A DNA stretch of 64,000 bases from Eledone cirrhosa (lineage: Eukaryota): the NCBI GenBank assembly GCA_964016885.1, contig OZ024740.1:64480001-64544000 (forward strand). The letters run 5' to 3'. The translations under genes and the position numbers were made by a program. Shown in pieces: positions 27,801 to 39,670 of the stretch. How positions within the stretch are numbered: position 1 is the stretch's first letter; every line of letters begins with the position of its first letter. The notes beneath the pieces were generated by a model. That model worked only from the letters and a program-made list of their open reading frames with translations, did not search any database and was not told where the DNA came from.

Positions 27801-29107
27801 AGCGTTTCAAATGTCGTTTTTACACCTTTCGATCGTATAGCCGTCAGATAATTGCCAGCTATTTCGTTCACCGCTTCCAATTCCAATTTAGTGGGTTCTT
27901 TACTGATTCTCGTGTTGTATGGTCTGTCACTCACATTAAGGCTGTGTATCTCTTGAAACATATCGTCCCATATTACTTGTAAGGTGTCCACAAGTTTTTG
28001 GTGTTCGGTTTGTACAGTAGAGTCATGAATTTCAGCTTCGTTGTTGATGTGGTGACAATTACTGCTAGAGTTAGCTGACCATTGTCGCTGTTCTTCAGTG
28101 GAAGTGGGATGGATTTCAGCAAAATTGTTGGTTAGCTGTTCACTGTTAGATTTAGCTGGCCATTCTCTTTGTCTGTCAGTGGAGGTGGGGTGGTTGTCTA
28201 CAAGGGCTGTATTTGTAGTATCACTCAATTCCGTTAGATGTATCAATTTACATCTAATGATAGGTTTTGCCTGTTCATTTAAATGCTTTGGAGAAAAGTC
28301 TAATTCTGGGTGTTTGGAGTTCCATAAAGTTTTTAGCCTTTGCATAAAACCGAACTTTTGGGGTTCAGATTGTTTGTATGCTTCATATATTCTTTGTTAA
28401 GCTCATAGCTCCTCTGTATACAACGGTTGTAGTTGCAATTTGGTCGAAGGAGACTTCTACGTTTTGCCATGATGAGTTCGTCTATTCACTAATATTTTGT
28501 ATTTATTTTTCAAAATAGTCGATGATCTTCTTCAAAGGTTTCGACAAAGTTCTGTCAGAATCAAATTTAAAGTTATTCACAGCTTCGGTAATATTTCTTT
28601 TCAGTTAGTTTTTAATTCTACAACTGTGTTTTAAACGTTGTTCTTGAATCGTTTGAATCGAGAAAAAAAAAAAAAAACCGTTACTTAGTATATTTCTTTA
28701 TGAATGTAATATAATATAACAACGCTGTATTTATATGTTAAAGTTTATGTATCATTCATATAGATAGGTGTTCTACGACTTATTCACAACATATTCACAG
28801 TTCAAACACTTAAGTTTTTGTTTCTGAATCGAAAACGTTACATGCATATTTTTTTACAAATGCAATATAACAACGTTGCATTTATATGTTAAAGTGTATG
28901 TATCGTTTATATATTATAAGTGTATGTATCGTTCATATAAATAGGTGTTTTACAACACACTTACAGTTCAAACACTTATGTAGAATTATTGTATGTAATC
29001 TTACCGCGTAATGTAGCTCAACTTTTTCCAATATATGGTATGTTGGCTTCATTTAAGCCGTAATTACACACGTTCGATTATCGGACACTGACCACAGCGG
29101 TCACCAT
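24889..29107 (-). mobile_element. Apparently full-length R4/Dong-clade element, CATA-associated subfamily 2 (ORF from ATG ~28470, disrupted)
   Basis: ORF pieces 27578-28345, 26331-27704 (KSPGPD, NYRPIACQN, DYQKAFDTVPH, GIFQGDSLS, FFVDDLK), 25846-26136, 25219-25647, 24970-25188; ~640-nt 5' region ending at (TATG)n. Confidence 0.9.
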
Positions 29108-30084
29108 TGTATGTATGTATGTATGTATGTATGTATGTATGTATGTGTGTGTGTATGTGTATGTGAGTGTGTATGTATGTACGTATGCATGAATGTATGT
29201 ATGTATTCTTCTGGTTTTATAATTTCACAGATGTTATATGTATCTATGTATGAATGTATGTATGTATGCATGCATGTACGTATGTACGTATGTATGCATG
29301 TATGTATGCATGTATGCATGTATGTATGCATGTATGTATGTATGTATGTATGTATGTATGCCGGATATCCGTAACAGATATACAAGAGAGCTTATTTCGT
29401 ATATTTATAATTTCATACACTTATCTTGTATGCGTAATCTAATAGCGTGCTATATAGTGGGCTAACTCTCTATTTCGTACTTTTTGCTCTGACGCCCGAT
29501 GAGAGACCAGCTTTAAAATGGCTTCTCCACTATACAGTGGGGACTATAACTGGATCCCGAATCCTATGATCGTGCATACATGTAAAATGTATGAAATTTT
29601 GAATACACTATATACATATACATAGACTGACAGACAAACATCCGTATATAAACAAACAATGTACAAAGCTAAAATCGTCGAATTCGTTGAATTGGAGACA
29701 CACTTATCATAAAGAGAGTTATGGTAAGTGATATATCTAGTAGGGAAGTAAACCATTCTTGAGAAGGAGTGTCCAACAGCAGAATTCTACAAAACTGATT
29801 AGCACCCTTTTATTAATCTATATTGCAGTTAAATTCCATATTTTATCCAATTTGTTTTTGTAAAATCTAGCCCCAAACTCTTAAGCCATTTACTTACATA
29901 TTCTCCTTCTAAAACTCTTTTATGGAATAGAATATTCCGGAAGTCCATCATAATATGGTGAGCTTGTTATGTAACATTTGTATATATATATATATATATA
30001 TATAATAGTAAGGCCGGTCATTCATCAGTAAGTGATTTAGGTCTTCTCTCTCTCTCTCACTCTCTCACCCTCTCAAGAGAAAGA

Positions 30085-30218
30085 CCGTACAGTGACGTCA
30101 CAACTCATTGTTTCCAGCTGATTGATCTGGAGCAACGTGAAATAAAGAGTCTTGGTCAAGGCCACAATGCATCGTCCGATCCGGGAATCGAACTCACAAT
30201 CTACTAAGCCACGTGCAA
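30085..30218 (-). mobile_element. Second tRNA-derived SINE family (degenerate); related copy at ~52780-52960
   Basis: Minus-strand B-box-like GAGTTCGATTCCCGG and shared GCAACGTGAAATAAAGAGTCTTG block. Confidence 0.55.
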
Positions 30219-30423
30219 TTGTATGTATGTATTTATTTATGTATGTATGTTCTCTAGGTTTGTAAATGCAGGAACGATGGAACTGGTAGTGGTGGTGGTG
30301 AGGGAATGCGCCCGCAATAATTATATTTTTTTACCCAAACTACCAAAACACACAATTATTTGAAAATGCGCTACAATTTATATAGATGTTTCGTAGAGAC
30401 AGATGGGTGAGAGAGATACAGTT

Positions 30424-31422
30424 ATAGAGAGCGGGAGAGTTTGGTGTTAATTGATATAGAGAGGGGTATTGCAAGAGAGTTCCGTATAGTAGATATAGAG
30501 TAGGGGAGAGTTTGGGGTTAATTGATATAGAGAGGAGTATTGGGAGAGGGTTCCGTGTAGTAGATACAGAGAAGGGGAGAGTTTGGTGTTAATTGATACA
30601 GAGGGGCGGAGAGCATGGTGTTAATTAATAAAGAGTGGGGATTGGTAGAGAGTGTTGTATGGTGAATGAAGAGAGAGGGAGAGTTTGGTAGTATTGGGTG
30701 AAGTGAGAGGGAATGAGAAAGAGTGTTGGATGGTAGATATAGAGAGGGGGTGAGTTTGGTGATAATTGATATAGAGAGGGGGATTGGGAGTGGTGTATGG
30801 TAGATATAGAGAGGGGGTGAGTTTGGTGATAATTGACATAGAGAGGGGGATTGGGAGTGGTGTATGGTAGATATAGAGAGCGGGGATATTGATGTTTATT
30901 GATATAGAAAGAGCTATTAGAAGAGAGTTCCGTATAGTAGATATACAAAGGGGGAGAGTTTGGTGCTAATTGATATAGAGAGGGGGATTGGAAGAGAATT
31001 CCATGTAAGAGATATTAAGAGGGGTAGAGTTCGGTGTTAATTGATATAGAGGTGAAATTAAGAGAGAGTGTTGTATGGTTGATATAGAGAGGGGGAGAGA
31101 TTGTTGGTAGTGAATAGAGTGAGAGGATTTATAGAGATAGGTGTTGAAAGATATAGAGAGGGGGAGAATTTGATGGTTGTTGATATACAGAGAAGGATAA
31201 TGGGGAAGGGCCATGTAGACGATATAGAGAAGGGGAGAGTTTATGGGTGATTGGTATACAGAGGGGTATTTGGAGACATAAGTTTAGATATTTATAGAGA
31301 GTGAGAGAGTGTATTAGTCTTAGATATAGAGAGTGGGATAAGAGAGGCGTTGTCATGATAGATATAGAGAGAAGGATTAAAAGAGAGTTTTGTGTGATAG
31401 ACATAGAGAGAAGGAGAGTTTG
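30424..31422. repeat. GA-rich minisatellite (~60-66-bp degenerate unit built on GATATAGAGAGGGGG...)
   Basis: Recurring GATATAGAGAG and GAGAGTTTGGTG motifs over ~1 kb. Confidence 0.85.
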
Positions 31423-31832
31423 GTGGCACTCTCGGGTCCCAAATAATAGGAGGGGTGGCAGTAATGGGGGAGTGGGCTTGCGAAATCAGTAATTATATAG
31501 GGTACGTTTGTAAATATGGGATTTCTTGTTATGTTCTTCTTTTGTCATATATAATGTTTTTATGTAAAATAAAATTATTTTTAGATCTCCAGCTGCTGTA
31601 TCAATAAATAAAGTTTTGCCGGATATAAATTATCAAAATTTAATTAGCTGGTGGGGGGTGGGGTACTGGAATAAAAACCGGGGTGGTGGTGCAAAATCTG
31701 ACTAATTAATTAGCGGGGGAGGGGGTGGAGTGGAGACGATTATTCATGACCTGGAAGTACGTGAACTATTGTCGGACGTAAGAATGGAAACTCAATACCG
31801 AAGTAGAGTTTACATATTCATTTATTGTGGCT

Positions 31833-31933
31833 AAGCCTCGTTACTGTGGAGTCTCATCTGCGTACTCACCAGACAAGACTGGTGATCCTGTGTCCTGTGA
31901 ATGCGCAGGTGAAACTTTACAGTAACAAGGCTC
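31833..31933. repeat. Small palindromic element (mini-MITE); second copy 33448-33534
   Basis: Arms AGCCT(C/T)GTT(A/T)CT.TGG.GT.T ... GTGAAACT..A.AGTAACAAGGCTC in both copies. Confidence 0.65.
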
Positions 31934-33559
31934 GCCAATAGCCATAATAAATGAATGTACCCCCCCCCTACACACACACATATATATATATATAGGAGAT
32001 GAATAAATTGGGCACAATACCAGTTTCGTACCAAATGCGAAGAAGCTCGATATATTAACCCCTTAGGAAAGGGCACATCATTTTTTTTAGAATTATATAT
32101 ATATACAGTGGCGGTGGATCTGGGGGGGGGGGGTGTCCCCCTCCAATAATTATATTTTCTCCCCAGACTACTAAAACACACATCTATTTAGATATGCGCT
32201 ACAATTTATGTGCATGTTATGTTTATCGCATATCGAAGTTTTCTGACCATTTTAGAGTGCAACTAAATTGCCCAAATTTGGACCCATCAATTAAGAAATG
32301 CTTTCACCACCTCTGAAATGTTATACCAAGTTTCCAAAGATGATAATTGTCTGAAGCCTCATATTAGCTATTAAACCAAACTAAATTTACCAATGTGCTT
32401 AAAGCAGCGATTGTATCTAGAAAATGAACAATACTTACTAAGTTGCCATTTAGAAAACCACATTTTGTAATAAAACGGACCCATTGATATATCCAGCTCT
32501 CCTCTTACCCTATCTCTCACCTATCCAGCTACTTCTACTTTACTTCGGTTGATACAGTCATCTTTTGTATATTTAATTAGTTCAAAGAAAATTGTGTCAA
32601 CTCCAGAGAGCAATAATGATATACACAATCCTTTTGTTTATTCGTATTTCGATTCCATTTCCTATTTGGTATCGATTAAATTACTACGTAAAGGATGACT
32701 TCTAGTAGCCATTTTCCTTTATAACGGCAGCCTTATTACTCAGTAATTCTAGCCTGCTGTTTCTGAAATAATATAAATTCCATAGCACGCACGTTTTACA
32801 ACACAATTAATGTCAAAGTATCTAAGAGTGAGAAGCAATTATGCTATTTTAAAGGAAAATGTTGCTATACGTACTTTGTTTTACTTCTATACTCTTAAAA
32901 CAAACACAATTACATGAAACAAAGAAAATAAAAAGAAATGCAAATGCTAGCTATTTCGTTAAACAGATTCTGTTTTCGTTCTATAATAGCTATGATTTTA
33001 TGATTTGATAGATATAAAGCTTTATTGGCATCATGATCTTTCTTATGATCCGTTGAGGTTCCATAAAGTTTTGGAATTAAGAATATTCCTCCTCATAAAT
33101 GACAGAATGCACATCCTGGGACAGACACAAAAAAACAAATGCATTTAATTAAAGCTGGCTGTGAAATATAGAATTTGTATGTATGTATATATGTACTTTT
33201 TTCGTTTCCAGGGTTTTTATATGCCGACACTGTACGACTATTTTATCCTTAAACTTTTCTATTTAGCTGCTTATAAGTTAACATACTTTCAACTGTCCTT
33301 AATATTAAACACAGTGGGAAAAAGACAAATCTATTGTATATATAATATAGTATATTTACCTATATGATTATATATTAAGGGATAATTCTTTTGTGATTAC
33401 AACCACACATTCAAGCAATAATATATACATAGAATATAGCAAAAAGTGAGCCTTGTTTCTCTGGGGTTTACCTATGCACTCGTAGTCTCATGATCCAGCG
33501 TGTGTGCAAGTGAAACTCCAGAGTAACAAGGCTCTATGCCTAAAGCAGAAACCATTATT

Positions 33560-33730
33560 AAATCGAGTTATGGCCCTTTACAATCTGAGTTCAAATCCAG
33601 CCGAGGTTAGTTTTGCCTTCCATCCTTACGGAGTCGATAAAAAAGTACAGTAATGAACTGGGTTGGATTCCATCGACGTCCTACTCCCCAAAATTGTTGG
33701 CCTCGTGCCTAAATTAGAAACCATTATTAA
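33560..33730 (+). mobile_element. tRNA-derived SINE, 5'-truncated
   Basis: GAGTTCAAATCC B-box and GCCTTCCATCCTTACGGAGTCGATAAAA core. Confidence 0.75.
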
Positions 33731-34145
33731 ATATTTAAATGTTACTTTGATATTGCGTATTCTTTCTCATATTCATCAATACCAGACTTACACACACACA
33801 CAGCACACACATACACACACACACACACAGCACACACATACACACACACATACACACACTCACACCACACATATACACACACATACACACACACACACGC
33901 ACATACATACATACATTCATACATATATATATATTTATTATTAGTACAGATTAAAGTTAAAGCAAATAATTTCTGCTTTCACCCTAAACGGGATCTTCTG
34001 TAACTGAGAATATGCCAAAGGCCCGAAATATCAATATATTGAAATGGGTATCACTTATTTCGAATAAACAGTAGATAAACTGCATTATTGACATACTTTT
34101 TCCCTCACATTCACTATAATAGAAACCAATATATACGTATATATA

Positions 34146-35013
34146 CGAGGTGTGTCAGAAAAGTTCCAGGACTGATGTCACAAAAGATTTATTTCAAACC
34201 CAAACTTCACACTAAGAGTTTTCTCCTTCAAAGTAATCCCCTGGAGTCTAATGTACTTTTCCATCCTTTTCTTCCACACTTGCATGCACTCCTGGAAGGA
34301 TTCTTCCAGGATCCTCCCCAGTTCCGTCGTCACGGCCTTTTTGATGTCGTCCACGTCTTCAAAACGGGTCCCCTCCGAGTCGTACTCGAAGATCCATGAC
34401 TCATCACCGGTGATGACTGTCCCTAGCAAGTCTGGTTCGGTTTCAAGACGCTCGAGGATGACCTGGCACACTTGCATGCGTCACCCCTTCTGGTAATCGT
34501 TCAGCAGTTTTGGCACCATCTTCGCGCAGACTTTCCGCATGTCCAAATCTTCAGTGAGAATCTTCCACACGCTGTCCCGATTCATGCCCAGCTCATTTGC
34601 CATCTGTCGAACAGTCAGCCGACGATCGCTACGCACCATGTGCTTGACGCGCTCAACGTTGACCTCAGTCGTGGTTGTTGAGGGCCTTCCGCTCCTGGGG
34701 TTATCTTGCACCACTCAAAAACCCGTGAGCGTGTCATCGTCTTATCTCCATACAGTTGCTGCAGCAATCCCAGTGCTTCTGACGGAGTTTTCCCCAATTG
34801 TACCAGAAGTTTGTTCGTTGCTCTGTGCTCATTGCTTGACGACCTGAAACAGAGGACATGATTATAAAATTATGAAGAAAAAAATGTGATCGCTCAGATT
34901 ACAGTTACATACTCCAGGAGGATTACTTTGAAGGAGAAAACTCTTGGTGTGAAGTTTGGGTTTGAAATAAATCTTTTGTGACATCAGTCCTGGAACTTTT
35001 CTGACACACCTCG
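34146..35013 (-). mobile_element. Mariner element, internally deleted, ~100-bp TIRs, TA target-site duplication
   Basis: TA|CGAGGTGTGTCAGAAAAGTTCC ... GGAACTTTTCTGACACACCTCG|TA; transposase motifs RSGRP, MVPKLL, ITGDESWIFEYD fused directly to the C-terminus. Confidence 0.95.
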
Positions 35014-35586
35014 TACAATATACTCCGCCGTTTTTTCCCCCGTTTTCTTAGTTGTGGGAGGAAATTGTACCTTGCATAATTCGTTAGTCAATATTCGTTA
35101 AATCTTTTTGCCGTATGAATTTATCTCAGGACTTCACATTAATTGTTCAATATAATTTCTTGTTCTTCTTGTAAAGACAAATTTACACACAATAAACATA
35201 CTTGTGCACACATATTTTAGTGTATACTACTAATTGCTAATATACACCAATACGCCGCCGCATATACAATTACACAGAAAAATACTCCCTGCAATGCATA
35301 TAAGCACATACTTAAATGATCCACTGACATACCGAATATCACAGATACATCAAAATTAATGAGTAATCGTAATATTCTGTAATTTATGTTATTCGACTTG
35401 TAGAGAGACACAAAGAATTAAAACTCTCATATTAAAATGATATTTGCCATATGACAATATAATCTTGGTTGATTGGAAAAGCAGATAATGGATATGATAC
35501 TCCTGTCTACGAATTCAAAGATTCTATACATAAAACAAAGTAAACAACAATAAATAGGGGTGTTTATCAACGCGATTGATAGAAGA

Positions 35587-35622
<36 letters not shown>

Positions 35623-36532
35623 GACGTTATTACACTGCAAACTAATTAAATTACTTTATAAATAGGAATATAGAGACGAAAATAATTTGAACTATCTGGC
35701 TTCAGTTGACATTTTAAATGAAACGTAATATAAAAAATAGTTATCAGCCACACAAGTGACAACGAAAGTAACATAGAATCGAAATATAGAAAACCAAATA
35801 AATAGGAAATAAAAATAACTAAACGAACAAAACTAAAAGAAAATTAATTGTAATCGATGAAATTAATGTAGTATTGATATTGGTGAAGTATTTTTTTATT
35901 TTACTAAATTTAAGGTTACATTTTAGGTGTGTAAGCATTAAATATTGAATATAATAATGAAACACGTAGTGGATCTCATTACATTTAACTTATATATGTA
36001 TGAACGTTTGTGTATTGTGAATTGACATTCATTTTAGTGTAGTGTAAAATCAGCATAAAAAGTTTATTGGAGATTAATTGGACACATATGCTAGAATTAA
36101 GAACGAAATTTTCTTCAAATTACACTCTACTTTATTAAAATGTTGGAAAGATGTGCTGGATAATGTAGTCTGACATCTCAGGAAATAAAAATACAAAACC
36201 TTTATGATTGTAACGACGTTGGTCATAGTTCTGCCCAAGAATAGTTGACCTAGAGTTAACAGCGGTAATAACAGCAAAAATAAATTTTTAATAGTGACAT
36301 CTTGACGCTGCATTGAGTAAATTGTTTCTTCGAGTTAATGTAGCCATAAAACTGATAAAACTAAAAGTTTCTTAATATTAGGATAGAAATAGTTGCTATT
36401 ATAATAAAGTTACTGGAATAGAGGGAGAACAAAGACGAAAAAGTGGAGAGAGTTGGTCACGCGAATAAAAACACAATTTATAAAGGAATAGTGGCTGTAT
36501 ATATATAGTGGCTATATATATATATATAGTGG

Positions 36533-36577
<45 letters not shown>

Positions 36578-36719
36578 TGAAAGAGATAGAAGACTAAACA
36601 ATGCAAAATGGACTGTAAGATGAGTTAACGAAAAGTAAAAGTAAGTTACCTGGTAATCTTTGTTGTTTTTTGTCGTTGAAGGTGATCTCAGACATGTATT
36701 TGATAGGTGTTTGGCTAGG

Positions 36720-37213
36720 TGTTGCACGGCAGGAATGAAAGGCAGTGCTGCAGAAACCGGGAAACGCGTCCTCTCAAAGAAGCACGGCGCAGTGCAGTCT
36801 ACATGTGAGCAAAATTCCACGAAAGCAGGGGGAGAAGTTCAAGTATCTCGAGGCCGTGTTCGCGAGTTATGGAAGGCAGGAGGCTGAATTAGGTGCAAGC
36901 ATTGCAGGAGCTGGCGCAGCAGCTTCATTTGGTTATCAGAAGAATGGACGTAGATGTAAAAGCTAAACTCGCTATCTTTAATTCGGTATCCGTGCCAACC
37001 GTTATCCGTGGGCATAGACCTTCGGTAATGACCGAAAGAATACGATCGCGAGTACAAATGGCTGAAATGGGAAGAGACCCAGGGTTAGGCCACGAACAAG
37101 ATTCGGCATAAGGTCTGCTGAACTTGCTTGTGGAACAATCCGGATCAATTAGAGACAGTTGCTTCTGAGAGGACCTATCAGGAACAAATGAGCGAAGAAG
37201 AAGAAGAAGAAGA
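36720..37213 (+). mobile_element. RTE-like LINE 3' fragment with (GAA)n tail
   Basis: EKFKYLEAVF, KAKLAIFNSVSVPTVIRGH..VMTERIRSRVQMAEMG; GAA repeats at end. Confidence 0.75.
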
Positions 37214-37229
37214 AATTCAATATATGCGA

Positions 37230-37900
37230 ATGTCACGTCTCCAGGAAAATATTGAAAAGCACTGGGAGCGGCGACATTCCCCCAACTTCTGTTGTCTTGA
37301 AGAATTATCTTTTGTTGACATTAAAAACAGCACTGCACTATTTTAATGTTAATACAGTGTTCGTATTACTTGGATGAGCTTGCTGTCGAAGTTGTAATTC
37401 TTCATCACCTGCCACTAACACTTATGCCAAACACTGTAAAGGCCTGTTTAAAGTTGATGAAGGTATCATAGCGGCAAGAGTGGTGCTGCATTTTATCCCG
37501 TTAGCAGGCTGATATTTAGTATCTGTTCCACTGTACTCCGTCCGGGCCTTGATCTTGCCATGGTTTCTTCTGACTTCCTCTTAAGTCCATTTAGAAGACT
37601 GATTCTTCTGTAAATCTAGCACAGATTTAAGTATCGTTTTTTGGTTTGGTCCAATCATTTGGTTACTTCTTCTTCCCCATATTTTCTGCCTTATAACTCT
37701 CAGTACCTTGATAATATTTAACGATCAATGTATTAAGAGTTCTGATCGGAGGTTATCGAAACATGGGGATTTTCCGTTTTTGCGTATGCGCACTGCCTCT
37801 TTATTTTCTTCCTGGAGGATTAGAGTATTCTGTGGCTCAGTATTCTTTTTGGAGGAATTGTCCAGAATGTTGATGTTACGTCTAACTTTGAGGTCATAAA
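37230..37900 (-). mobile_element. Degenerate RTE-like RT fragment
   Basis: Minus-strand pieces YDTFINFN, WQVMKNYNFDSKLIQVIRTLY, PVLFNIFLE. Confidence 0.55.
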
Positions 37901-37949
37901 GGTCGCCACTTTACTTAGACCACTATTTGATATATATATATATATATAT

Positions 37950-38203
37950 AAAATAGGATTTTGCTTCAAGCATAGCTTTATACAATATGTATAAATATTT
38001 CGTATCTCCAAAGTAATACACTTTTAGGAAGCCATAGCTATGCAAACACCGGGGTGCTAATGCCCTCTGGTGATGTCCAGCAGAGGCAAGGGGGACAACC
38101 GTCTATGCATTTCAGGCTTAACTGGCCTTCGTCAGGACGGCCCCTCCCCCCGCTTGCGACTGCTGGACTAGAAGACAGCTGAGAATATATACTTTTCTCG
38201 CCA
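37950..38203 (-). mobile_element. Hammerhead-containing element, family C (5'-truncated)
   Basis: Homologous to 48415-48890; intact hammerhead 38099-38140; (TA)n at 3' end. Confidence 0.8.
38099..38140 (-). ncRNA. Intact minimal type I hammerhead ribozyme
   Basis: ccgtc CTGACGA aggc cagttaa gcct GAAA tgca TA gacgg: perfect 5-bp stem I, 4-bp stem II, palindromic stem III ATGCAT, AUA triplet. Confidence 0.88.
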
Positions 38204-38233
38204 AGAAAAAAAAAAAAAAAAAATATATATATA

Positions 38234-39626
38234 TAGTTTTGCGAGGTTTTTTCTATGAAATCGTGTGTCGAAACAAATATTGTTATACTTGGGGAGGGTC
38301 ATATTTGTGTAATATTGCCAGAATTAATAACAGAACACACTCACTGTTTGGTTGGTTTTCGCTTTTCGCTTCTGTGTCTTTTATATCGGTAATCTAATTT
38401 ATTCGGTCCTCAATGTTGCCATTGACTGACCGACGGTCAAAAATAATACAGATACAATATAGACACAAACACATATATATAGTTTATCATAAATACTTCG
38501 TTGCACATCTGCAACATCGTCAATGGTGCTATTGTTTCCTCCCGTTGCATTGTATGTCTACGCCATTTTTATTTAGTCTGTCTATATATTTATTTATTTA
38601 TTTGCTTGTTTGTTTATTTTATTTTGTCTTCTTTGCGCATGCGTTTGCGTGTATGTATAGTGTTCTGTTTGATGTGTGTTCGTGATTGGGTGACTAGTGC
38701 GTGTTTATATGTGTTTGTTGTTATTGTGCTTGTGTATGTATTTATTTATTTATCTATTTATTTACTTATTTATACTTCTCTTAGGTCAGTGTTGTTTGTT
38801 TGGGTGTTGTTGTTATTCCATTCATTCTTTCTGTTTAGTCTTGGCCTTCTAAGTTCTATTTCACTGGCCTCTCTGATTTGCCTATCTGCTGGGTCATTTC
38901 TATGTTTAGATATTATTCTAATTTCTATGTTCTCTATGTTACCGTCGTGTTGTTGTCTGGCATGTTCGTATAGTACTGACCCGTTTTTTCGTCCTTTTAG
39001 TTCCCCCCAGTGTTTGCCTATCTGACCCAGCAGATAGGCAAATCAGAGAGGCCAGTGAAATAGAACTTAGAAGGCCAAGACTAAACAGAAAGAATGAATG
39101 GAATAACAACAACACCCAAACAAACAACACTGACCTAAGAGATGTATAAATAAGTAAATAAATAGATAAATAAATAAATACATACACAAGCAAAATAACA
39201 ACAAACACATATAAACACACACTAGTCACCCAATCACGAACACACATCAAACAAAACATGATACACACACGCAAACGTATGCGCAAAGAAGACAAAATAA
39301 AATAAACAAACAAGCAAATAAATAAATAAATATGTAGACAGACTAAATAAAAATTACGTAGACATACAATGCAACGGGATGAAACAATAGCACCACTGAC
39401 GATGTTGCAGATGTGCAACGAAAGATTTATGATAAACTATACATATGTGTTTGTGTCTATATTGTATCTGTATTATTTTTGACCGTCGGTGAGTCAATGG
39501 CAACATTGAGGACCGAATAAATTAGATTACCGATATAAAAGACACAGAAGCGAAAAGCGAAAACCAACCAAACAGTGAGTGTGTCCTGTTATTAATTCTG
39601 GCAATATTACACAAATATGACCCTCC

Positions 39627-39630
<4 letters not shown>
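38234..39630. mobile_element. Inverted duplication of the 3' end (GIY-YIG C-terminus plus pLTR) of the Penelope-like element
   Basis: 38234-39011 matches ~57084-57884; 39024-39630 is the reverse complement of 38289-38896; (TA)n flanks; hammerhead-like core at 39396-39423. Confidence 0.92.

Positions 39631-39667
<37 letters not shown>

Positions 39668-39670
<3 letters not shown>

Noticed and set aside
29700-29975. Possible LINE ORF2 C-terminal remnant (QAHHIMMDFRNILFHKRVLE...NWIKYGI) on minus strand
   Set aside because: Too short and degenerate to classify by eye.
38413-39418. Hydrophobic 159-174 aa ORFs resembling membrane proteins
   Set aside because: Antisense reading of the A-rich Penelope 3' region; duplicated only because of the inverted repeat.
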